From NCBI GenBank assembly GCA_963758295.1, contig CAVWUU010000004.1, positions 1,120,001 to 1,184,000 on the forward strand: 64,000 nt of DNA, written 5' to 3'. This stretch comes from Candidatus Eremiobacteria bacterium (GTDB lineage Bacteria > Vulcanimicrobiota > Vulcanimicrobiia > Vulcanimicrobiales > Vulcanimicrobiaceae). Each line of letters begins with the position of its first letter. Within the stretch, counting starts at the first letter, position 1. The position numbers were made by a program, and so were the translations under genes. The notes below the pieces were generated by a model that saw only the letters and a list, made by a program, of their open reading frames with translations, was not told the DNA's origin and made no database searches. Below are positions 29,631 to 39,148 of this stretch, in pieces.

Positions 29631-32600
29631 TCACGGACCGATTACAAATGGCAGCCGCTCGCCGCGTTTTGTGAAGATTAGCCCATGGTAAGGCAGCGGG
29701 TGCTTGGCGCGAATCGTCAGCACGTAGATGTGGCCCTTGGGCGCAGGAAGCTCGATACTCTGGCCGTCCTCGAGGGCGATCTTGTCGCCGGGTTCCACAT
29801 TAGCCAGGATCTTCGCCAGCACGTGAACGACCTCGCCGGGCTTCGGGTTGGCCGGCGTGCCGCGAGCGTAGATCAGGGGCAGCGCGTTGCTGACGGTCAG
29901 CGACGTATCGGTTGAACCGCTCTTCTCGCCCTGAACCTCGATATGAACGGGATAATCGCCGTTGGTCACGGCAGAAGACACGACGATGCGAGCTACCCAG
30001 CCGTGTTTGGCGGGGTTGTACTTCAGCGGAATCGTTCCAAAGAGGTCCGCTTGGGCGGTCACCGAGCGTGGGTGCGCTTCATTAGTAGTAACGAAAAGAT
30101 CGACGATGCTGTTCGGGGGCGCTTTGTCCGGAATGAAAGACGCTTGAACGGCCGCGCTGCTGCCGCCGCCGAAGCTCATGACCACCTGTTTTGCCTGCGG
30201 TCCAATCTTGAAAGTCACGCCCGCCGACGCGCTTCCGCCGTTCACCGTGACCGGCCCATCGGGACCTTGAATAATGCCCTGGCCGTCGGGCAGCGTGTCC
30301 TGATCGACGCTCAGGGTGTACTGTCCGGGTGAGAGGTTATCGATAATGAAGTGCCCGTCGGCGTCCGTGATAGCAGCGTGCTGCCCAGGGTCGGCTACCA
30401 CGTAGACGTTGGTAGCTCCCACGAGATCGCCGAAGCCGGCGTCGGACGTGTACAGCACAACGCCCTCGATCGATCCCAGTCCGGTGAGCAGGAAATTCGC
30501 GGGACTGACGCCCCCCTGACCGACGACGACTTCACGCGACGCGTCACCGCTTACCGCCATCGTCGCCGGAAGCGAATCGGCCGCGACCGCGATTGTGTGC
30601 TTGCCGTTTGTGAGATGGCCGATCTGGTACGTACCGTCGGCGCCGGTATATCCGCGTTCGTTGTTGTCGACGACGAGCAGAACGTTTGGCGCCGGCACCG
30701 GTTTGCCCGCGATCATCTCGGTTACAACGCCGCCGATTCCGCCGAACTGGCCCGCCGAGAAATCGACGTTGGCGATCTGGCCGCCCTGGACCATGATGCT
30801 CTGCGAACTGGCGTCCGGAATTACGCCCACCGGCAGCGTGCCGGGTGATATCGTCACCAAATGCGGACCGGGTTTCACGAAGCGGAATTCGTACGATCCG
30901 CTCGCGTCGGTACGCTGCGTAAGTCCGCCGTCGAGCGTAACCAAAACGTTGGGAAAGCCGCGCTGCCCGGTAAGCCCGTACGACGTCGCCTCCGTTTGCA
31001 GGTAGACGTGACCCTGAATTACCGCCGGCAGATTGGGATTTGCACGTCCGCTGTACCGGGCGGCATTACCGATCGCGAGCGGGCCGACCACGTCGAAATT
31101 CAAATAAGAAGCTCCGCCGCCGTAAAGGCCGCTCTGCCGAGTCTTTCCGTACGTCGCCCGAATGCCGACGACCGGTGAAATTCGCCGCAGCAAACTGTAG
31201 GTCGTCGTAAACTGATTGCTCGATGCGAGCCCTTCGCCAAGAACGCCGTTATGAACGGCCTCGGCCGAAAACGAGAACTCCGCCTTTGCGCCGATCGGGC
31301 GGGTGTATTGCGCCATGGCGTCGGTCACGCGGCCGGCCGCTCCACCACTCTTCGTGGTTAACAAGTTCGTTTCGAACGTGGCGTAGCCGCCTAAGAGATC
31401 GTGCGAGAGCTGCGCCATGAATTGGGTTTGCGTGGCCGAACCGGCAAGCAAATCGTTCACGACGCTGCTCTGCGCGGACTCTTGTAAATTGAACCCGTGC
31501 GCCTGTTCGCTCAGTGTCAGCGCCATGTCATGTTCTTTAGCGACGTCGCCCTGCGCAGCGGTCGACGAAAAGTTCACAAGCCACTGCGAAGAGATATTCT
31601 TCGCAAGCGGCACGTTCGCGTTCAGCGTCTCATGCGTCGACCGGTTAGCAACGCCGCCGGTAACCGCGTAAAGATCGCCGTAGTCGAACGTCAGGACGCC
31701 CTGATGGAAGATCGGATTACGCCGCGTGAATTGGAACTGCGATTGCTCGTACTGCACCTGTCCCAAGGCGACATAGGCATCCGGAATGTGAGTGTAGTTA
31801 ATGCTGGTAGATGACGGACCGCTGTTAAAATTCAGGTTCGCTCCGTAGGCCAAGCGCAAACCGTCGGCAATGCCGGGAATTCCGCGAACTGAAGAGATGG
31901 CTGTTTCCAGCCGCAACGTCTTCGCGCTCGTAAATCGGGTGTACGCAAGGTCGAGCGTGCCGGCCGTACCGTGAGATTGATCGCCCATCGCGTCGTAAAG
32001 CGTTTGCGAAAAGAGCGCGCCGCGCCGTGACGTCTTCGAATGGCGAATAGCGCCGACGCGGTAGCCTTCGCCGTTCACGCCTTGCGTGTGCGCTCCGATG
32101 AAGTCCCATTCATCCGCTCCGCGGGGTACGCCGAAGGTTATCCCTTGGTTGAAAGCGCCGCTGGAAAGCTGCGTGTCCGAGGGTCCGTTAACCGGGCCAT
32201 AGTTGACCAGGTACTGCGGCGTGCTGTAGCCGACGCTGATCTGCGCGGCGTTGTACGCGCCGTTGAAGTCGCCCAGTGCCTGCGAGACGACGAACGACGA
32301 TTGATCGGTGCGGCGCGAGACCGAGAAGTTCATCGCCAAACCGACCTGGTTTTGCGAGCTTACCAAGTTGCTGTTTTGAACGTGATGCGCGCCCACGTCG
32401 ACAGCCCCCGTGCCGGAAAACTCAACGGGGCCGCTTCCGAAAAGGCGATGGTGTTCGGACGGGCAGGGCGCGAGACTGGGAGCAGCTGAGGGCGTCTCGA
32501 CGGGAGCCGGTGTGGGGGTCGGCTCCGGAGTCGACAGATTTTCGCTCGGAGCGAAGACGGGATAGGTTTGAAGCTGCTGCGGGGCGCGCGCAGTCGAGCT

Positions 32601-32915
32601 TGGCACAGGCGTGGGACTTTGCGGGGGAAGCGTCGCGATCGGGACGTTTGCAGCTACATCGGTTGGACCCGGGACCGGACGAGGACGGTCGTTTCCGGGC
32701 GGGATGGACGTCTGGGGAGCCGGTTCCGGGCTTGCGCCGGGCGACGGCGAGGCGTTCGGCGCAGCAGCGGGCGGCGGCGACGGAGCTGCATCGAATGAAG
32801 GAACGCACGGGTCGGCAAGCGCGACCATAGCCGGGTTCCCACTAGAAACCAGCCCAAGCCCACTCAAAGATAAAGCCATAACCAGCAGGCCTAGAGCCTG
32901 CAGTACGCGCGCCAT
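29631..32915 (-). CDS. Usher-like outer-membrane protein with three C-terminal CarboxypepD_reg/SdrD-B-like domains
   Basis: Signal peptide, Pro-rich linker, long alternating amphipathic strand region, three repeats of G.I.G.V...T.(A/D).G.(Y/F)....L.(P/N)G.(H/Y).(V/I/L). Confidence 0.6.
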   Translation of the reverse strand: MARVLQALGLLVMALSLSGLGLVSSGNPAMVALADPCVPSFDAAPSPPPAAAPNASPSPGASPEPAPQTSIPPGNDRPRPVPGPTDVAANVPIATLPPQSPTPVPSSTARAPQQLQTYPVFAPSENLSTPEPTPTPAPVETPSAAPSLAPCPSEHHRLFGSGPVEFSGTGAVDVGAHHVQNSNLVSSQNQVGLAMNFSVSRRTDQSSFVVSQALGDFNGAYNAAQISVGYSTPQYLVNYGPVNGPSDTQLSSGAFNQGITFGVPRGADEWDFIGAHTQGVNGEGYRVGAIRHSKTSRRGALFSQTLYDAMGDQSHGTAGTLDLAYTRFTSAKTLRLETAISSVRGIPGIADGLRLAYGANLNFNSGPSSTSINYTHIPDAYVALGQVQYEQSQFQFTRRNPIFHQGVLTFDYGDLYAVTGGVANRSTHETLNANVPLAKNISSQWLVNFSSTAAQGDVAKEHDMALTLSEQAHGFNLQESAQSSVVNDLLAGSATQTQFMAQLSHDLLGGYATFETNLLTTKSGGAAGRVTDAMAQYTRPIGAKAEFSFSAEAVHNGVLGEGLASSNQFTTTYSLLRRISPVVGIRATYGKTRQSGLYGGGASYLNFDVVGPLAIGNAARYSGRANPNLPAVIQGHVYLQTEATSYGLTGQRGFPNVLVTLDGGLTQRTDASGSYEFRFVKPGPHLVTISPGTLPVGVIPDASSQSIMVQGGQIANVDFSAGQFGGIGGVVTEMIAGKPVPAPNVLLVVDNNERGYTGADGTYQIGHLTNGKHTIAVAADSLPATMAVSGDASREVVVGQGGVSPANFLLTGLGSIEGVVLYTSDAGFGDLVGATNVYVVADPGQHAAITDADGHFIIDNLSPGQYTLSVDQDTLPDGQGIIQGPDGPVTVNGGSASAGVTFKIGPQAKQVVMSFGGGSSAAVQASFIPDKAPPNSIVDLFVTTNEAHPRSVTAQADLFGTIPLKYNPAKHGWVARIVVSSAVTNGDYPVHIEVQGEKSGSTDTSLTVSNALPLIYARGTPANPKPGEVVHVLAKILANVEPGDKIALEDGQSIELPAPKGHIYVLTIRAKHPLPYHGLIFTKRGERLPFVIGP

Positions 32916-32920
32916 GCTCC

Positions 32921-32947
32921 TAAAGGGTTCGGCGGGCGGGCCGAACA
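32921..32947 (+). promoter_or_regulatory. Sigma28-like promoter P1 TAAA-N15-GCCGAACA
   Basis: TAAA at 32921-32924, GCCGAACA at 32940-32947. Confidence 0.5.
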
Positions 32948-32974
32948 TTTACACTCGGCGGCCCATCGGCGGGT

Positions 32975-33001
32975 TGAATGTTTACGATGTTTGGCCGATA
33001 G
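32975..33001 (+). promoter_or_regulatory. Sigma28-like promoter P2 TGAA-N15-GCCGATAG upstream of flagellin
   Basis: TGAA at 32975-32978, GCCGATAG at 32994-33001. Confidence 0.6.
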
Positions 33002-33185
33002 TTAATCCAAGGGAAACCGGCACATGGAGCGTGCAGGGAAGCCCTATTAAAGAAACTCCAAGGATGGAGGAATACTTGCTGGACATGGATGTGCTGTTCA
33101 AAGCGCATCGCGTAAGGCGGAAATCGTGGGGAGGATCGGTTTCGATCACCTCTGTTTCGCCTTGTCCGAAGGCTGAGGTGCAATA

Positions 33186-34421
33186 ATGCAGCTCGGTCCT
33201 CTAGACTATTCCGGCAACGTGCTCCTCAACTTCGATACAAATGAATCGAAGTTAGGCGACCTTTCCAAGCAGCTCTCGTCGGGACTCCGCATCAATTCAG
33301 CGGCCGACGATCCGAGCGGCTACACGATGGCCACGCACATGCAAACCGTGAGCGAAGGATTAGACCAGGGCCAGCAGTCGGTTCAAAACGCAAAGAATCT
33401 CTTGACCGTCGCTGATAGCGCGATGGGAACGATTACCGAGATCCTCCAGCGGATGCGGTCGCTTGTCGTCGAGGCGAACTCGGACTTGAACTCGCCGCAA
33501 GATCAGAAGAATCTTCAAACGGAGATCGATCAGCTTACTCTCGAGATCAATCGCATTTCGCAAAATACGAACTTCAACGGCAAGCCGCTGCTCGACGGAA
33601 GCCTGTCGAACGCGCAGACGCAGCCCGCGAAGCTTCTGTATCCGTCTAACCCGGCCGTCGGGTCCAGCGGCAAAACGTTGATCGATCTCCCGAGCACCTT
33701 CGTGAGCGCGACGGCCGAAGAGGCGCAGTTCAGCTTCTCGGTCGATTCCTACGATGCGACGACGAATCAGCTGCAGGTAACGTTCACCGTTTCCAGCCCG
33801 GATCCGAGCTTCGGGCCGACGCAGCAAAACGTCGTTCACGTGACGCCCGGTAACAACTACTTCGATGAGTTCGGCGCGGGCTCGAACCCGTATTACGTCT
33901 ACGACAACAATGGGAACCCGGTATTCGACTTCAACTTCAACGCGCTTAGCGCGACCGACGTCGGCAAGACCGCCGTCGGCGTAACGGTGCCGCAGCAGAT
34001 GGGCACCAACGGGCATGCGCTTGAAGTGAACACGGGAACCGGCGAGGGATCCATCGTCGCGGTTTCGATCGGCGCAATGGATACGTTGCATTTGGGCGTC
34101 AACCAAATCCAGGTCGGCGACCTTCTGATGAATCAAGGTTCGGAAGCGCGTATCGATAACGCGCTCGACACCATCACCTCCACGCAGGCCGACCTGGGCG
34201 CGCAAGAAGTGTCGCTCGGTTACGCCGCGGACAACGCGGCGACGCAAGAAGTAAATCAAACCGCAAGCGAAAGCTCGATCCGTGACGCGGATATCGGCGC
34301 AACCGTTACGGCGTTCACGAAAGAACAGATTCTCGTCAGTGTCGGCACCAGCGTTCTGTCGCAAATGCAAGTCAGCACGCTGTCGCTCGCCAAAATGATG
34401 ATCAGCGCCTTCGGCGGCTAA
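33186..34421 (+). CDS. fliC: Flagellin family protein
   Basis: LSSGLRINSAADDPSG, ILQRMRSL, TNFNGKPLLDGS, ESSIRDADI. Confidence 0.9.
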   Translation: MQLGPLDYSGNVLLNFDTNESKLGDLSKQLSSGLRINSAADDPSGYTMATHMQTVSEGLDQGQQSVQNAKNLLTVADSAMGTITEILQRMRSLVVEANSDLNSPQDQKNLQTEIDQLTLEINRISQNTNFNGKPLLDGSLSNAQTQPAKLLYPSNPAVGSSGKTLIDLPSTFVSATAEEAQFSFSVDSYDATTNQLQVTFTVSSPDPSFGPTQQNVVHVTPGNNYFDEFGAGSNPYYVYDNNGNPVFDFNFNALSATDVGKTAVGVTVPQQMGTNGHALEVNTGTGEGSIVAVSIGAMDTLHLGVNQIQVGDLLMNQGSEARIDNALDTITSTQADLGAQEVSLGYAADNAATQEVNQTASESSIRDADIGATVTAFTKEQILVSVGTSVLSQMQVSTLSLAKMMISAFGG

Positions 34422-34460
34422 TCCGCCGGGGTTGACCCCCGCCTCTATACTTAATATGGA

Positions 34461-34630
34461 TACCTCGCTAGGTGAGGCGTCCACGCGATACACAGGCCGC
34501 TGCCCAGAAACGTCGAGAGACGCCAAGTGGGTAGACCAGACTCCGCCGAGCTAAGGCGATGTCTAACGCGGCTGACGGGTTCCAACGGGCTCGTCTACGA
34601 TGCGTGGTGCCAAAGCTCGACGATGGGGTA
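34461..34630 (+). ncRNA. M-box (ykoK) Mg2+ riboswitch
   Basis: CTCGCTAGGTGAGGC..GCTGCCCAGAAACGTCGAGAGACGCCAAGTGGGT..TAAGGCGAT..GTGCCAAAGCTCGACGA matches the ykoK consensus; upstream of Mg transport genes. Confidence 0.9.
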
Positions 34631-34659
34631 CGAACGCTACGCCGTTCTTCTCTATTCGT

Positions 34660-34691
34660 GCCGGCCGCCAGCGAGGCGGACGGCTTTTTTG
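34660..34691 (+). terminator. Riboswitch expression-platform terminator
   Basis: GCCG-G-CCGCC..GGCGG-A-CGGC followed by TTTTTT. Confidence 0.75.
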
Positions 34692-34719
34692 TTTGCGGTT
34701 TTCGAAGGGGGTGACAGCG

Positions 34720-36041
34720 ATGGGTTTTACCGAGGGCTTCATTTCCGAACTCGTCGGCCGCGAGGCGACCGTCAACGATTTTCCGATCGGCAAAGTCAGC
34801 GATTTTCTCGTGCAACAAGCCCGACGACGTGTTTCCGCGCATCGACGGACTCGTCATTAAAACCGCGCAAGGGCTCGCGTTTCGCTCCGATCGATACCGT
34901 CGCCGAGCGTCGACGACGCACGGCACCATCGCGCTCACGCGTCGCGCCCGCCGAGCCCGCCCCGCCCGAGCGACGAGTCGCTGTATCTCGTCGCCGATTT
35001 GCTCGACAAGCAGATCGTCGACGTCGACGGCCGCAAAGTCGTGCGCATCAACGACCTCGAGATCGCGCGCACCGGCGACGCACTTCGCGTCGTCGCCGCC
35101 GACGTCGGCGTGGCCGGCCTGCTGCGCCGGCTGGGCCTGAAATCGTTCGGTAAACGTTTCACGCCGGCAATCTACCGCGCGCGTTCCGCGCTCGATGATC
35201 GCCTGGGACTCCGTCTCGCCGATCCGCGACGCCAATCCGTCGCAAGTGCAGCTCTCGGTGACCGAGAGCAAGCTCTCGCGGCTGCATCCCTCGGAACTCG
35301 CCGAAATCATCAGCGATCTTTCGGCGCGCGAAGCGGCGGCGGTCGTGAAGCAGCTCGACGACGAGACGGCGGCCGACGCCTTCGAACATCTCGACGCCGA
35401 AACGCAGCGCTCGCTCATCGAAGACATCGGAACCGAGCGCGCCGCCGACATCATCGAGGAGATGGACTCCGACGACGCGGCCGATTTGCTCGCCGAGCTT
35501 GACGAAGACCGGCAATCCGAACTGCTCGCCGAAATGAACGAGTACACCGCAAGCGAACTTCGCGAACTCGTCAAGTACGACGAAGATACGGCCGGCGGCA
35601 TGATGACGACGGACTACTTCGTGGATTTACCCGCACCGCACCACCGAAGCGACGATTCGCAAGATCCGCGAGATCGCCCCGGAGTCCGAGTTCATCTACT
35701 ACTTCTACGTCGTCGACAAGCAGGATACGTTGCTCGGGCGTTCTCGCTTCGCACGCTGCTGCTCGCGCTTCCCGACTGCCTTCATCGACCGCATCATGGA
35801 GACCGATATCGTGACCGTGCGTCCGGATGCCGAGGCCGAAGAAGTCGCGGCAACGATCGCGCGCTACGACTTGCTCGCGGTCCCGGTCGTCGACGAGCAC
35901 GGAAAGATGCTCGGCATCGTCACCGTCGACGACGCGATCGACGCCATCATGCCGGAGGACTTCGCCGGAAGCTGCCGCACTTCACGGCTAAGCGCCGAGC
36001 ACCGGTCGCGGCTCGATGCCGTAACGGTGGCTAAGGCGTGA
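34720..36041 (+). CDS. Soluble MgtE-N/CBS-domain protein (multiple indels)
   Basis: LLDKQIVDVDGRKVVRINDL, LHPSELAEII, YDEDTAGGMMTT, RYDLLAVPVVD..GIVTVDD; no MgtE TM domain. Confidence 0.8.
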
Positions 36042-37328
36042 TCGGCGCGCCACCGCGCAAGCGATCGCTCTGGCGATCGCTCCTGCTGATCTTCTGCCGT
36101 GCTCGGGCCGGGTTTCGTTACGGCTTCGGCGGGCAACGACGTCGGCGGCATCGCCACGTATTCGGCGGCGGGAGCGCAATTCGGCTACAGCATCATTTGG
36201 GTGCTCGTTCCGCTTGCCGTTGCGCTGATCGTCGTGCAAGAGATGTCGACGCGCATGGGGTGCGTTACCGGCAAGGGCCTCGCGGCACTTTTCCGCGAGA
36301 ACTTCGGCGTCAAGCATTTCGTTCCTCGCGATGCTCGTGCTGTTCCTCATCAATACGTTGATCACGTCGACGGAGTTCGCCGGCATCGCGGCGGCGTCGG
36401 AGATCTTTCATGTCTCCGCGCTACATCGCGGTCCCGCTTGCATTGCTCTTGCGTTTTCTTCTTCGTCCTGCGTTTCAACAACAAGATCGTCGAGCGCACG
36501 TTCGTCGTGCTTTCGCTCATCTATCTCACGTACATCGTTTCCGCGGTCCTGGCACACCCCGACTGGCACGCGGTGCGCACGGCACGTTCGTTCCCAGTTT
36601 CAGTTGCGCACGGCCGGATGGCTCACCATGGTGGTCGGCGATCATCGGCACGACGATCTCGCCGTACATGCAATTCTTTCTTCAGTCCGCCGTCGTCGAA
36701 AAAGGTTCGCGCGCCGAAGATCTGACGCTCGCGCGCATCGACGTCATCAACGGATCGCTTCTGGCGATCGCGCTCGCGGGCTTCATGATCATCGCCAACG
36801 CCGCGACGATTACGTCGCAAACAAACACGGCGCCCATCTGCATCCGCAACAGGCCGCCGATTTCGCGGTCGCGCTCAAGCCGCTCGCCGGACCGCTTGCC
36901 GAGGTCATCTTCGCATTAGGTATTCTCAACGCCGGGCTATTTACCGCGACGGTGCTGCCGCTTTCGACGAGCTACATCATTTGCGAAGCGCTCGGATTCG
37001 AAGCCGCCATCGACCGCAAGTTCTCGCGAAGCGCCGGTCTTCTTCACGCTCTTCGCAGCGGGTCTGGTCATCGGCGCGGCGTTCGTGCTGATTCCGGGCA
37101 TCTCCGTTGCTGCAGCTGATTCTTTTCGCGCAGGTGCTGCAAGGGCATTCTGCTTCCATGCCGAACTCGTGCTGATGCTGATCATCATCAACCGCAAGAG
37201 CGTGATGGGCGAGCACACAAATTCGCCGCTCGCCAACGCCATCGCCTGGGCGACGGTCGTGATCGTCGGCGGTGCTCTCGCTGCTCTACGTCGCGGGACA
37301 GTTCATTCCGCGGCTGCTCGGCGGCTAG
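36038..37328 (+). CDS. Nramp-related divalent cation (Mg2+) transporter (multiple indels)
   Basis: GPGFVTASAGNDVGGIATYS, QEMSTRMG.VTGKG, GTTISPYMQF. Confidence 0.85.
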
Positions 37329-37338
37329 CGCTTCTTCG

Positions 37339-39134
37339 TTAGACTGCTTTCGCGCCGATTCTTGGTTGGCAAAGCACCAGCGATTGCGGCCTCCGCGCTT
37401 CGCGCGATAAAGCGCGCGATCCGCCGCTTCCATCAGCGCTTCGATGGTGTGAGCCGTCGCGAGGGATACAGCGCGATGCCGATGCTGGTGCGTACGTCGT
37501 GCGGCGCGCCGTTCTACGACGACCGGCTCCTGCATGGCGACGTTCAGTTTACGCGCGAGATCGGCTGCATCGCTCGGCCCGTCGACGACCGGTTGCAAGA
37601 TGACGAACTCGTCGCCGCCGAAACGCGCGACCGTGTCGCTTTCGCGCAGCGTGGACGCAAGCGGCGCGCGACTTCCTTTGAGACGGCGTCGCCACGGTGT
37701 GGCCGTAGCGGTCGTTGACGCTCTTGAAGTCGTCGATGTCGAGGTACATCACGCGCGAAATCCGCGCTGGTAGCGTCGCGCCGTCGCCAGCGTGTGCTCG
37801 ATGCGATCGTTGAAGAGCACGCGGTTCGGCAAGCCGGTCAGCGCGTCGTTGAAGGCCAGCTGCTCGATGCGCTCGCGCTGATCGGCGCGCTCGAGCGCCG
37901 CCGCGACGAAAAGCGCCATCAGTTGAAGCAGGTCGCGCTCGCGCGAATCCATGCCCCGCTCGCGGCATGACGCCCGACAAAGACCAGCGCACCGAATGGC
38001 GAATCGCCGACCGACAGCCTGACTGCAAAGTACGAGCGCCACGGCGCGGTGCGCGCGCGCGGGATCGTGCCGCCACGTCCGGCGCGTCGAGATCGGGGAT
38101 GAAGAGCGTAATCCGCTTCGCCGCGCAACATGCCGCGACAACGAGATTGCATCGGGTAGAGCATGCCCTGCGCTGTACCGGCGTTTCGCCCGACGCCGTT
38201 GCGGATGTGCAAGTGGCTCGCCTTGAAACTGCGTGACATAGCCTGCATCGAAACCGAACAGCTCTAGGCCCAAGCGCAAGCGTCGCACCGATCTGTTCGT
38301 CGACGGATTCGCCGCGCGAGGCGGCAACCAGGTACAGGCGGCGGATTTGGTCGCCGCTGCGTCGCGATCGCGCGCTCCGCGGCTTTCTGCGCCGCCACGT
38401 TTTTGAAGATCGCGTAGGCGCCGCTGACTTCATCGCCGCACGTGAAGCGGCACGAGTTTCATCTGCACGTCGATGCGGTTGCCGAGGCGGTCGAGCAGCA
38501 GCGAGTCGTGTTCGGCCGCTTCGCCGCGCATCGCGCCGCGCAGCGCTTCGTCGGCGTCGAGCGCGGAATTCCGGCGCAACGAGTTCGGTCCACGCGTTTG
38601 CCGACGAGCTGCTCGCCGTAAAAACCCGGTTTCGCTTTCCAAGCGCCACGTTGACGCGCGAGATCGCGCCGCTGCTCTTCAGCTCCATGATCGCCGTCGG
38701 GATGGTACTCGAAGAGCGAGCGGAATTTCTCTTGATTGATCGTGAGCGACTCTTCGGCCGACCGCAGCGCCACGATGTCGCGCGCTTGCGCGAAAACGCC
38801 GACGAGTTCGACCGCCGAAGCGCGCCGGAAACACATAGCATTCGATCGGAATCGATCGATGCCGTCTTTATGACTGAGCGCTGCTCTCGAAGTGATCTGT
38901 TCCGCCGGCGAGCGCCGTCTGAACGGCGCAGTTCGACCCGATCTAGATCACTCGGCGATCGAGGTGATCGCGAAATGACGTTCCGCGCGAATTCTTCAGC
39001 CGACATAGCCGGCGAGCAGCCGCGCCGCATCGTTGGCGGAAATGACGGTACCGCGCGCGTCGTACAGACAGACCGCGTCGGGCGTATCCTTAAAAAGCGA
39101 GGCAACGGCCTCGCGCAATCAGTTCGTTGTCCAT
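37339..39134 (-). CDS. PAS/GAF-GGDEF diguanylate cyclase (multiple indels)
   Basis: EKFRSLFEYHPD, DALTGLPNR, YLDIDDFKSVNDRYGH, GGDEF encoded near 37605-37620, ADRALYRAKRGGRN. Confidence 0.8.
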
Positions 39135-39148
39135 CGCTCGAAGAACCG

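Noticed and set aside
33360..34526. Long antisense ORFs (e.g. 33360..34526, 34468..35601, 24647..25588, 55844..56986)
   Set aside because: Shadow ORFs opposite well-supported genes, as expected in high-GC DNA.
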